From Podarcis erhardii (lineage: Eukaryota): DNA of 64,000 nt. Positions within the stretch are counted from its first letter, which is position 1. Each line of letters opens with the position of its first letter. The notes below the pieces were generated by a model that was not told the origin of the DNA, made no database searches, and saw only the letters and a list, made by a program, of their open reading frames with translations. Both the position numbers and the translations under genes were made by a program. Positions 21,743 to 32,900 of this stretch are shown one piece after another. The DNA is taken from the NCBI GenBank assembly GCA_964252035.1, contig OZ176208.1; one strand, given 5' to 3'.

Positions 21743-24440
21743 AAAAGCATTAGTGTGAGGACATTGCATACATACATACATATATACATACTGTACATAC
21801 ATTCATACCCAATTCAGCCAAAATAAGCCCCCTTTAGTCACTCATATTTCAACAAATGCTTAACTTTTCTGCTGAAATCAGTGGCACTTTATTGGTGGAA
21901 ATGATTAATTTTACCTGGATCATTCTTAAGACTTTTAAAAATACATCATTGCTACAAATGAAATGTGACAGCAATCTAAATGATGATGACAACAACAAAG
22001 GTATCACTACTGCTAATTGTTAAGATTGTTCCAAACACTTCAATGTTCTTTCTATTGCGCTTTAAAAGGAAATGTGCCATGGTTCTAAATGCTTATACGC
22101 TGATACCGGCGGCTGAAATAAAATTTGCTTCCAAGTAGGAATGCTTAGGAATGGGATGGCTGTGGGGTGTTGAAGGGGAACAAGGCTGTATTCCTGATGC
22201 ACAGCCCAATTAAGCCAAAGTACTTAGACTTAAGGCCGTTCGGCTCAGCTTAATCCGAGCACTTTGTTTTAACTGGGAAGTGGATCGGGGAGTAAATATG
22301 ATTAGTTTAGAAGGGGTTCCTGCAGATTAAAATCAAGCCATTTATGTAATAGAAGAAGTCCAAGGAGTAAATATTTTGAGGCGACATTCCTTTGTCTTTT
22401 TCAAGCCTGTTTTGCTTTGTGTTGTCTCTGTGAGCAATGAAGATCTGCCGCATACACAAAAGTTTACTTTCAAAGTGTGTGCATGCAAGAAACGAGAACC
22501 AGATATATTACAGATATCTTCCTAATGCCCCAGATCTTTAGGTGAATTAATCATCTTAGTTTTCATTTTATTTTTTTCCACTTCAAATGTATGGTGTTAT
22601 TGCTTCTTTTACAAATTTTTACTTTTTAAAGAATCTATAATCCTGGGGAGGAAATCACACACAGCCTGAGCAAATTCTTTACAAAATGGTCTTTTCCCTG
22701 TTCATATGCGCTCTGAGTGCATACGATTATTCAATGTACAAGCACCTAGTTTATGAATGCCTATCTATAGGGATTGTAAACATAATGCTGGAAAGCACAA
22801 TCAAACAGTGCAGCACGACATGCATTTAAAATGAACATGTGCATGTGTGCGCACAGACAAGCACATCAGGTCCAAAACTGCCGTGACACATTGTTCTCTC
22901 AGTTTATTGAGCTCATGTAAAACAAAGTAACCAGAGTATATTCTCTTAACCTCATACTGTCCTGTTCCTTGAGTACATTTTGTTGGGAAGCAAAGCTGTG
23001 TTGGTATGAGGATCACAGAGGGGAACTTGAACACTAGATGGCAGCTCTTGCTTGTTAAATGGCTATTGCCTTCTCTCTATTGTTACCTTCACCTACTTCC
23101 ATCTACTATTTGCTGGATCAGAGGAAAGCACCAGCCCTTGCTGAACAAGGCCAGGTAGAAATAGGAGCTGCCCTGATCTTATATCTACCATCCTACAAAA
23201 AGAGGATGTCTAAATAATTGTTTTGAATTGGCTTCATTCCATCTTCTTCTTTTTGTTATAAACTGTTTTTCCTTACTGTCACTTGAAATATGCCTAAGCG
23301 GTAAACACGTCGTGCAAAGCAATATTATATTTATACTTAGCTTGTCTAGATAATTTCACTCATCTTAAAACAAACCAAGTACCTCATTATATAGCATAAA
23401 ATACTGAAAAGTTTTTTTTGTTTTTGTTTTTAAAATAAATAAATTTAAATGTTGCATTTCTGAGTAATATAATCCTACACAGGATTGTATCACAGACACA
23501 AATTAAAGTCAGTTTTTAATTGTACCACATACACAAATTAAAGTTTTTTTTTTTTTTTTTAAGATCTTAAGTCATGAGAAGCAGCTTTTAGGTGCCTGGT
23601 GTGGTGATTTTGCTATCAGCATAATAATATAAGGAAACAAAAAAGTGTTGCATTCAGTGGTGTCTTTGCCTTAGCAGAAACCACTTCTGATTTTTGCTGA
23701 ACCCACCCACCATTCACCCACTTAAGCCTCACTCCCCAGCCCTGAGGGTCGAGGATTACTCTGGAACAGAAAGCAATGTGGTGCAGAGGGCTAGACGATG
23801 CAGGAGCTTTCAGTAGAAACTGGGTGTCCAGACTTCCACCCATGGAAGTGCTTTCTGTTAAGGCAAATTCACCGCTGGATACAAGCCTATGAGACTGACC
23901 ATCCTGCTCTCAAAGCACCAATGCCTGCAGGAGCCCTAGCAAAGCTTAAACAAATGAAGTGCATCGAGGCTCTCCTCTCCCGACTCGTAAACTGGGTTTT
24001 TAGTGCTTTAGAATATTTTATTGGCCAACCGAGTTTGTTTCATTGTTTGTGCTGAGATTAACGTAGAAGTAAAATGGGGTTTTAACATTTTATTGTGTTT
24101 TCATTAAGATAACTATATAACACAGTGCTGATGAAATGGTAGTTTATGAATTATGAAATGATATTTAAGCAGTGCTTTAAATCTCATTTATTTGGCATTT
24201 GGTTGGAATAGGTCCAGAGGAATTACACTTGTGAACAAGCAAATCAAGTTCTTTAGTGAGCAAAAGGGAAGTTTGCTTAAGCCCACAGTTTGACGGATTC
24301 ATGTATGGAGCAGCTAGCTTATTTCTCACCACTCGGGAGCTTCCCCCCACACATTAATTTTAACAAGAAAAAGCATTATTGTGAAAAAAGTCACCTGTCC
24401 TAATATTATCAATATTCTCAGTAGTACATTAATAATTAAA

Positions 24441-24625
24441 GAGGAGCAGTGTGGTGTGGTGGCTGGAATAGAGCTGGGAAGATCCAGGTTCAAAACTCAG
24501 ACAGAAACCTTACTAGGTGACTCTCTCATCCTAGCCTACCTCACATTGTATGAATAAAATGGTGGGGAGCGAGCGAGGACTATGTATGCTGCCTTAAGCT
24601 AATTGGGGGAAAGCAATAATAACAG
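24441..24625 (+). mobile_element. MIR/Ther1-like SINE, old
   Basis: gcagtgtggtgtggtggct...gatccaggttcaaa head, then ctagcctacctcaca...tatgtatgctgccttaagc tail typical of squamate MIR-like SINEs. Confidence 0.6.
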
Positions 24626-25046
24626 TAATTATAATGGTAACAAATTACATAGTCACGTCATAAAACACATACACACATGGAAACAGATGGAAAACACTGT
24701 ACAGAAATTGAAATGACACGGGAACTGCTCACAGGTTGACAATCTAAAGAAAAAGAAACAAAAAGAAGTTGGATGGTAGTACTGGAAGAGAAAGGCAGGA
24801 CCGGCTCTAACATGAGGCAGAGTGAGGCAACTGCATCAGACAGCAAATATTGAGGGGCAGAAAGTGGAGAGAATTCTGAGCATGTGCCATGCAGTCTGTC
24901 CTGCATCCATTAAACTCAACCATTGCCATTGGGATGCAATGGAGAATGTTGAGATAACAGTCAATGCTCTGCTGGGCTTTTGTACATGGAATGGAATGGG
25001 ACTTTTCTTTCAGGCAGCAAAACCTCTTGGGCCAGCCCTGCAGAAA

Positions 25047-25331
25047 ATCATAGAACTGTAGAGTTGGAAGGGACCAAAAGGATCATGTAGTCCAACCGCC
25101 TGCACTGCAGGAATATGCAGCTGGCCCATTAGGGAATCGAAGCCACAACCTTGGCCTTATCAGCACCATGCTCTAACCCAGGCATAGGGAAACTCCAGCC
25201 CTCCAGATGTTTGGGACTACAATTCCCATCATTCCTGACCACCGGTCCTGTTAGCTAGGGATGATGGGAATTGTAGTCCAAAACATCTGGAGGGCCAGAG
25301 TTTGCCTATGTCTGCTCTAACCAACTGAGCT
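25047..25331 (-). mobile_element. tRNA-Ile-derived SINE with CR1 tail, interrupted by a hAT MITE
   Basis: With 25179-25314 and one TSD removed, the reverse complement reads agctcagttggttagagcatggtgctgataaggccaaggttgtggcttcgattccc (tRNA-Ile-like) plus tail ggttggact...ggtcccttccaactctacagttctatga. Confidence 0.8.
25179..25314. mobile_element. Palindromic hAT MITE, intact, perfect 8-bp TSD
   Basis: TIR caggcatagggaaact...agtttgcctatgtctg; TSD ctctaacc at 25171-25178 and 25315-25322. Confidence 0.92.
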
Positions 25332-25651
25332 CCTGTGAGAAGTGAGTTGTTAACCCACTATCTAGTTCCGATGAAAATATAACAGAGCAAAAGATACACC
25401 AGGAGGCTTAGTTGGGTCAAAATTGAGTATACACTTCCAGAGTTAATGCTAAATACATTAATTCTTGTAAATGAGCCAACATGGATGCTAGAGGGTCATG
25501 AAAATTTGTGTCCCAGGTTTTTTAGACTCTTCTACCCATGTACTATTTGGAACCAAAGACTCCTGAAGGCACACTTAGTAACAGTTGGGAGGTGCAAATG
25601 CTTTTCCCTGCAAAATTATGGATTTTTTTCCCCATGGTTCTTCATAATTTC

Positions 25652-25777
25652 ATAGACTCATAGAATTGTAGAGTTGGAAGGGACCACAAGAGTAATCTAG
25701 TCCAACCCCCTCAAAGCAGGAATCTTTTCTTCAAACCCACAACCCTGAGATTACAAGTTTCACGCTCTGCCGACTAC
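25652..25777 (-). mobile_element. tRNA-Lys-derived SINE with CR1 tail
   Basis: Reverse complement gtagtcggcagagcgtgaaacttgtaatctcagggttgtgggtttgaa...ggttggactagattactcttgtggtcccttccaactctacaattctatga. Confidence 0.75.
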
Positions 25778-26255
25778 TTTCCTGTGAAAAGATGGGAAAT
25801 GGAAGCATCTAATGCTTCGAATTAAGGCTGCTTTCAAAAAGCAGAATGTTATTCATACCATACACTTGAGCAGTGAAAATAAATGTTCCTTGCATTGATA
25901 TTTAAAAAATTAGCCAAGGAAATGTTATTCCAGAATTTGTAATTCCTTAGTTGCATTTCATAAGGAACAGGTCTGTTGGCTCACTCTAAGAATGTACTGT
26001 CTGTGCTGTGTCTAGCTCTGTGGTTTGCCTCTGTAGCTATATGACTTAGTATTCCACTGCCAATCACTTTTAAGCAGAAGAAAGATAATGTTCTAGCTCT
26101 TATTCCAGTGAGAGCAGATGAAAAGAGGAGAAGTTTTATGTTAATACAATGTGAGTAAATGGGCATAATGTCTACAGTAGTGCTCCTCAGTGCAAGCGTG
26201 ACTTTAAACCCTTAAACGGACCTTATTTGTGTGGGAAAGATTTGTGTCATATAGC

Positions 26256-26796
26256 TAGGGATACACAAATCTGTCAATTTCGGTTTCTCTCAGTTTCTCA
26301 TTTTTCCAATCTTAAATTCAGTTCTCCACATTTTTTAAAACTCAATTTTATTAAAGGTTTTCAACATATAATACAATAAAACCCCCAAAAGCTAATATTT
26401 AAAGAGAGCAAGATAATTCTGCACATTCCCGCAACAGTTTGATATATATATTTTTAAAAAGGCATAGTGAAAATTCATCAGAATTTTAGGGCGAATTTCT
26501 CCTGTATGCAATTTTGTCTAAAATACACATTTTTGCAGAGCACATTTCTCCAAATTTAATGCATTTTTTAAAAAATTATTTTCACTGTTGTATGCATTTC
26601 TATGTACACTTCACATTAATAAAGGCAGTTTTGTTACATGCTATTTGGCCGGAGAACCACATTTCAAAATTCAGAGAAGTGTGCATTTCAAAGGAATGGT
26701 TGGTTAAGTTTTTGTTCATGCAGTATTTCAGAAAATGTGAATTGCATAGGTTCACATTTTAAAAAAATGGAACTGAATTCCCACCCCCAATGCCTG
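26256..26796 (+). mobile_element. TAGGGATG-type ~500-bp non-autonomous element, copy 2
   Basis: Starts tagggatacacaaatctgtcaatttcggtttctctcagtttctcatttttccaatcttaaattcag; shares motifs with copies 1, 3 and 4. Confidence 0.75.
26333..26416 (-). mobile_element. 84-bp poly(A)-tailed retro-insertion (L1-like 3' tip)
   Basis: Begins with a T-run, AT-rich like the L1 tail at 45784; flanked by ttctccacatt (26322-26332) and ttctgcacatt (26417-26427). Confidence 0.55.
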
Positions 26797-27063
26797 CACA
26801 GAGCCTGTCTTGAAAGTAGGATGAAGCCCGACCCCTGCTGGCCACACCTCCCGTGGTGTGTGTTTGTTGGCCATATGATTCCATGAGCATATGTGTACAT
26901 GTGGGTGTTGCTAGCGTTACACTGCATGACCTCCACAGCTCGCTCAGGTAATTCATTCAGTACACAAAAGGGTTAGAGTGAAACCCACTGATGTGACTGG
27001 CCACAGCCTCTTTCTTTGCAAATCTCATTTTGTTTATTTTAATAAGGCTACTGCATTATTTTA

Positions 27064-27611
27064 ATTGGACTACTGCAATGCGCTCTACGTGGGACTACCT
27101 TTGAAGGTGCCCCGGAAACTGCAATTAATCCAGAATGCGGCAGCTAGACTGGTGACTGGGAGTGGCCGCCGGGACCACATAACACTGGTCCTGAGAGATC
27201 TGCATTGGCTCCCAGTACGTTTCTGAGCACAATTCAAAGTGTTGGTGCTGACATTTAAAGCCCTAAACGGCCTCGGTCCTGTATACCTGAAGGAGCGTCT
27301 CCACCCCCATTGTGCAGCCCAGACGCTGAGATCCAGCACCGAGGGCCTTCTGGCGGTTCCCTCATTGCGAGAAGGGAGGTTACAGGGAACCAGACAGAGG
27401 GCCTTCTCGGTTGTGGCGCCCGCCCTGTGGAACACCCTCCCTTCAGATGTGAAGGAAATAAGCAGCTATCTTCTTTTTTAAAAGACATCTGAAGGCAGCC
27501 CTGTTTAGGGAAGTTTTTAATATTTCATGCTGTATTGTTTTTAACACTTGATTGGAAGCCGCCCAGAGTGGCTGGGGAAACTCAGCCAGATGGGCGGGGT
27601 ATAAATAATAA

Positions 27612-27654
<43 letters not shown>

Positions 27655-27655
27655 G
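27064..27655 (+). mobile_element. 5'-truncated L2-clade LINE (ORF2 C-terminus, 3' UTR, (TTA)n tail)
   Basis: Translates LDYCNALYVGLPLKVPRKLQLIQNAAARLVTG..DHITLVLRDLHWLPVRF*AQFKVLVLTFKAL..RAFSVVAPALWNTLP, characteristic L2 motifs; the single stop is consistent with CGA>TGA decay. Confidence 0.95.
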
Positions 27656-27698
27656 CACCTATAACTCAACCATAGCTTTACATGATAACATCCTAATA

Positions 27699-27886
27699 CA
27701 TGGGTCAGCAAACTTTTTCAGCAGGGGGCTGGTCCACTGTCCCTCAGACCTTGTGGGGCCCGGACTATATTTTGAAGGGGGGGAAATGAACGAATTCCTA
27801 TGCCCCACAAATAACCCAGAGATGCATTTTAAATAAAAGGACACATTCTACTCATGTAAAAACACACTGATTTCCAGAACGTCCAC
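27699..27886 (+). mobile_element. Left part of a hAT (Charlie-group) MITE
   Basis: catgggtcagcaaactttttcagcagggggctggtccactgtccctcagacc..aaatgaacgaattcctatgc, a CAGGGG-type hAT left terminus; right TIR missing. Confidence 0.6.
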
Positions 27887-28580
27887 TCAAGGAAGGGTGG
27901 TCCTGAAAAAGGGGTGTGGTCTGAGGAAAGTCTGGTGGGCCAGATGGGAAGGCTTAGGAGACTACATTTGGCCTGAGGTTCTCCCTTTTCCCTTTATTTA
28001 TTTTATTATTTATTTCATAAAATCCATATACCTCTTGACTGTAGAAAAAATCCTCAAAGTGGTCTTACGTGTACACCAAGAAACGGCACTCCTTCAACAG
28101 AACATTTATTGTAGGAACAATTGCATGTAGTGCAGAACGTAGCATCACGGCCCTCTGAAGATGCACCCTAGAGCAATCTTACTAAAGTCAGTGGGGCTAA
28201 CCTGGAGCAAATGATCTGAAGGTTGCACCCTAGAGAAAGGGGGGAGGGAATGGAGAAGGGGAAAATCCCAGCCTTGAATGCTTCCAAGCACCAATTTTGT
28301 TTAATCTGGTGCTTAACACATTATGTGCTAATGATACATTGGTCAAAGCCAAGTATGAATAAAAGCTTAGTCAGGATAAAATGTAGAAACTTCTCAGAGA
28401 GCAATGGTTTTTTTCCCGTTGCTACGATTCATAAAAAGAAAGACAAAGAAAGACTTTGTGAGAAATCCAGTATTGTACTTCTAAATGCTTTAAAGCTGTG
28501 CTCTGTGTCTGTCTGGCCATTGAATGTGTAAATTCTTTTAGACAGCAGGACCTAAGTCGTGGTATCTGCCTTCCAATAGT

Positions 28581-28638
28581 TTCTCTGAATCCCCAGAGTG
28601 GTTGGGAAAACCCAACCAGATGGGTGTGGTCTAAATAA

Positions 28639-28683
<45 letters not shown>
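28581..28683 (+). mobile_element. Very short L2 3' tip with (TTA)n tail
   Basis: cccagagtggttgggaaaacccaaccagatgggtgtggtctaaataaat followed by (TTA)n; same tail as the 27064 copy. Confidence 0.85.
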
Positions 28684-28684
<1 letters not shown>

Positions 28685-29200
28685 TCCTCTACCAGATAAC
28701 AGAGCTCTACCCATAAGACATCTTCTTCCAGTGCCACAGCCTCAGATCGTGCTCACGGAAATCAGCATTATACAGATGTCCTTTCAAGAGATAAAATCTG
28801 CAGCTTAATTGATTAATGCATTAAATTATATGCATCTGCATATTTTTAGAAAGCCCAATATAGGTGCATCTTTGAGAATATTGAGAAAAAAGAGGAGTGC
28901 AGAACCTGGCAATTTAATACTCCATAAGAGCTGCTATTCAGGTTGTTTTGAGCATTTTTCTTTCTCATTCCCTATCACAATGAGATAACAGAACCACCAC
29001 AGCTTTTTAACAAATAAGCAAGTCTTCTCTTTGGTCTCAGCTGCCATGGTTCACATTTGCTCTCACTGATTAACCCATTTGATTGACCAACCAATTCATT
29101 GATTAAGGCTTACAGCTCCAATATGGATTACAGATAAAAATTGCTTTCCCCAATGAATCCTAACTGCTTCCGGGTGGAAATTCACGTGGAGAGTGTAATG

Positions 29201-29440
29201 CAGGGGTGGGAAACCTATTTCAGCCTGTGGACCACATGTTCATTAAACTCTTAATCTCAGGGTTGTGGGTTTGAGCCCCAAAAGATTCCTATACTGCAGG
29301 GGGTTGGACTAGATGACCCTCGTGGTCCCTTGCAACTCTTCTGTGATTCTATGTTGGCAACTTATGGGGGCCACATGCCAGGGCGGATGGGGGCGCGTGA
29401 AGGCAAAGTTGGTAGCTCAACAAATGTGACCCTTACTTTT
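29201..29440 (+). mobile_element. hAT-type MITE remnant interrupted by a SINE
   Basis: caggggtgggaaacct left TIR; sequence resumes after the SINE at 29354 with ttggcaacttatgggggccacatgcc. Confidence 0.45.
29246..29353 (+). mobile_element. 5'-truncated tRNA-Lys SINE with CR1 tail
   Basis: actcttaatctcagggttgtgggtttgagcccca (tRNA-Lys-CTT 3' half) plus ggttggactagatgaccctcgtggtccct...gattctatg. Confidence 0.8.
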
Positions 29441-29461
29441 GTTCAAGCCTCAGAACATGTA

Positions 29462-29668
29462 CAGTGGTACCTCGGGTTACAGACGCTTCAGGTTACAGAC
29501 TCCACTAATCTGGAAGTAGTACCTCGGGTTGAGAACAGAAATCGCACAGCAGTGATGCAGCAGCAGCAGGAGGCCCCATTAGCTAAATTGGTACCTCAGG
29601 TTAAGAACAGTTTCAGGTTAAGAACGGACCTCCAGAATGAATTAAGTTCTTAACCTGAGGTACCACTG
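29462..29668 (-). mobile_element. pogo/Tigger-like MITE (opposite orientation to 7779 copy)
   Basis: TIR cagtggtacctcgggtta...taacctgaggtaccactg with TA at 29460-29461 and 29669-29670. Confidence 0.9.
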
Positions 29669-29829
29669 TAAAAGTTTTTATCTTCATTCATTCATTCATT
29701 TTATTTTTACGTCACTTTTCCACAAAGAAAGGATGATCAATGCGGTTTCCCTCACATGCATAGCTTCATTAACTTGTAACCCTGAGATTTTACTTTGGAG
29801 ATTACTTTGGAGGTCTTTGGGGAGCAGAA

Positions 29830-29975
29830 AAGCCTGATGCTGTCTGGGTGACTTTGGCTCTTCATCCCTCCCTCTATCCTGTCACATGGATATTGTTGTG
29901 AAGATAAAATGGTTGGTGCTGGGGAAGCTTCTGAGCTCCTTGGAGGAAGGGCAGATACAAAAGCAACACGAATAA
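29830..29975 (+). mobile_element. MIR-like SINE 3' part, old
   Basis: gggtgactttggc...ttgttgtgaagataaaatgg...tgagctccttggaggaagggcagata tail. Confidence 0.5.
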
Positions 29976-32900
29976 CAATCAATATTGTCCTGAAGCCTTT
30001 GTGTTCAATGTCCAAGTGACTTTCTGGCTTCAAATTGCAACAAAAACGCCAGCCCAACATCATATACTTGTGTTCGCAAGTCAGGAACTCAGCTTGTAAA
30101 CCGAGTCGCCAACTGTAACCATTGGTGCAATCTTATATTTGTTTTACTTAAGCCACAGTTTATTGGTTCAAATGCTAGAATTTCACACAGGCCTGCCAAG
30201 TCTACGATCTCTAAATGATGGTGTCCTTTAAACAGTGAGATGCCTGTGTGTTCAAAACATACAACGCTACTCACTCAAGGACTGGAATCAATGAAACTGG
30301 AGACGGGCTGCATAACCATTCGTTCAAATAAGTAACGTTTCTAAGATTACAGCTATTAGAATGGGGCACAAGCCAGCCACAATTAAGCACTGCTAAGTCT
30401 CGAATCAATGGGACAGAATTATGCATGTACTTAATTCTTCCATTAAAACCAATAGGTGCAATCCAGCCAAACATGAGCATCTTTAAACCCCATTGATTTG
30501 TATTGCGGCATAAAGCATGCGCTTAAATCACTTCCATTTCAGTCAATGGGAATTAAAAGTAGGGCTGAGCTGCAACCAATTACCCTCTTCTGTGTCAATT
30601 TTTGTTTGTGCTGAAAAGTGCCTCCTATTTTGAGGAGTTTGGGGCACTTGCAAAAATGTGTTATGTCAGTACTGTTCTTCTTGGTGCCGTCTCCTTTGGC
30701 TTTGCCCTCACTGCCCATGACCTCATTTACCCACACTGCCATTTAATTTTATTGACTGCAGTGGACAACATGCTTTTTGTTAATGATACCATGGTGCTAC
30801 ATTTGATGTGATGGCTCCTAAACAGCATTAATCTAACCGGTTGCAGTGATCAGTGTAAACAGGACTATGCACATACAAGGCAGTGAGGAGGGCAAAGAAG
30901 GAAGTAAGAAACAGCAGCAGTCAAAGAAACGAGCAGTACTGAAAATGCAATATAGCAGAAAATGTGCTACCTTCAAAGCAAGTATCAAAACCAGAGAACA
31001 TTCTGTTCAGTCCTTTTTAATGGGAGCTTAATTTTGGCTGGATTATGCCCCTAGTAATTTTTAAGTGATTTAATTTGCTAGGATTGTGCCTATGGCCATA
31101 CTGTCTTCATTTAAACTTATGGCAATGTTCACTGTAAGTAGCGGAGAGAGAGAGAAGTCTTATAAATATTGAGAACAGTTACAAAGATCATTCAGCTGAA
31201 TTACTTTTCATCTTGATTGTTTTATCAGTTTTATTGTTTTCTGTGCCACTAGCTTGCCTTTCTTTGTCCTCAACATATCTGCATCAATTCATAATATCTA
31301 AACATGGGTTTACCTGTCAAGGAGGGCTGAGCCCACACAGATCGCAACCTGTGGGTTCAAACATGAATGACTAAATGGATAATAGGCTGAGCCTGTTTGC
31401 CGCAGAACAGATGCCTGCACACGATGATGGCATCATCAGCCTACTCCGAGCAGGTATGGGGCCATTACTGGTAATTACAGTTAATCATCCACAATAGTCT
31501 TTACCAAGATACAGATCAACTCTGAGCACTAGCCTAACAGGACCTAATGAGTGTAATGGAGGATGAAGAAAGCCTGATTAAACCTGTGAAACACTGAATG
31601 ACCTGAACAGATGATGCATTGTAATTCCTCCTTCCCTCACCCTCTCCACAACCCATCGCTCAGTTAAATCAGTGTTGGTTATCTGGAAAATTAGTCACAC
31701 AGCAAAGAGTGCATTTTGTGTTGAATGCAAAGGGATTCAAATTCCCTGCACTACCACAAGAAATGTCTTAATTTTGAATACAGAAGCAGATATGCAGTTA
31801 CAAAGCTGTGCTCGCGAAAGAAGCAAAATCAGTAACACAGAAAGAGTCACCCAAGTACAGATTGTTGAAACAATCTTTCGGGTGCTCATGGCATGAAAGG
31901 GACTTATCACAGAGAAGGAGCTCCATCTCAGGGCTGCCAAAGGCTCACTTACTGGGGTTGCACAGCAAGATCCTTTAAGATCTCACAAGAGATATGTGAG
32001 ATCTTGCCGGAAGCAGCTGGGGCTGCCTCAGTTCATCCCATGAGTGGGCTGGCCCTGCCCCATCCCATGTCACAAGCCTTCTCGGGGTCCTTTCCCCCAA
32101 TGTCTATGTGTAACGTTGCTTCCCAACCTCAATTCATGGTCATCAAGAGTAGAGTCAGGAAACACACTCAGCAATGATGTTTCTTCTTTTTTCTTTAAAG
32201 AGCCAACTGGGGAGTTGTCGGACACCCGGTTTTGGGAAGGAAGTAGGAGGTTTCCAGCATCATGTCAGGGCCTGACACCTTCTTTCCAAATCCAGGAACC
32301 TTCTGCTCAGCTCATGGATGGGAGGTGTGATACTCACACGTGCAACATCAGGACACCACAACGTTGCCTCCCCATTGCCTTCACAAGTTGGCTCCTCTGG
32401 CCCTCATTGTTCCCCTACAAAAAAATTCACAGCCAGCCGCTGCTTTCAAGAGTAACTAGCACACTGATCGAGTTTTAACATATAGGCAATTTGTTCCCAG
32501 GGGTGGCTAATGGCAACCGCTCCTATGACCCTCACCTGATGCTTTACAATACCTGTGCAAAAAGCCCCTGCTGTGGTTTATGTGACCCTTTGGGATGCCT
32601 TTCATCAACTTTGCCGGCTCGTGAGGATCAGTTTGTAAGTAAATTAATTCATGATTTGTAGCTTAGTGGTGTGCGATTTACTCCCACTTTAGCTTTGTAG
32701 TTTGTGCTCTTCTCTTTGAATAACAAGGCTCTCTTTTATGTTTACTGAATATGCATATTTTCTACTTTAGTGCCTGCTTTTCATCTCGTTCTCCACTGGA
32801 ATTATGAATTCCCTCGATAAGCAAGCCATTCCTACTTCCACTTAATGGAAATGTGATTAAATGAACTGCATATTCGATCAAATACAAACACGTTCAACAC

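Noticed and set aside
25179-25314. pre-miRNA-like hairpins in palindromic segments
   Set aside because: Explained by MITE terminal and internal inverted repeats with TSDs.
32044-32478. 144-aa ORF
   Set aside because: Starts at a non-ATG codon and has random-like composition with no motif.
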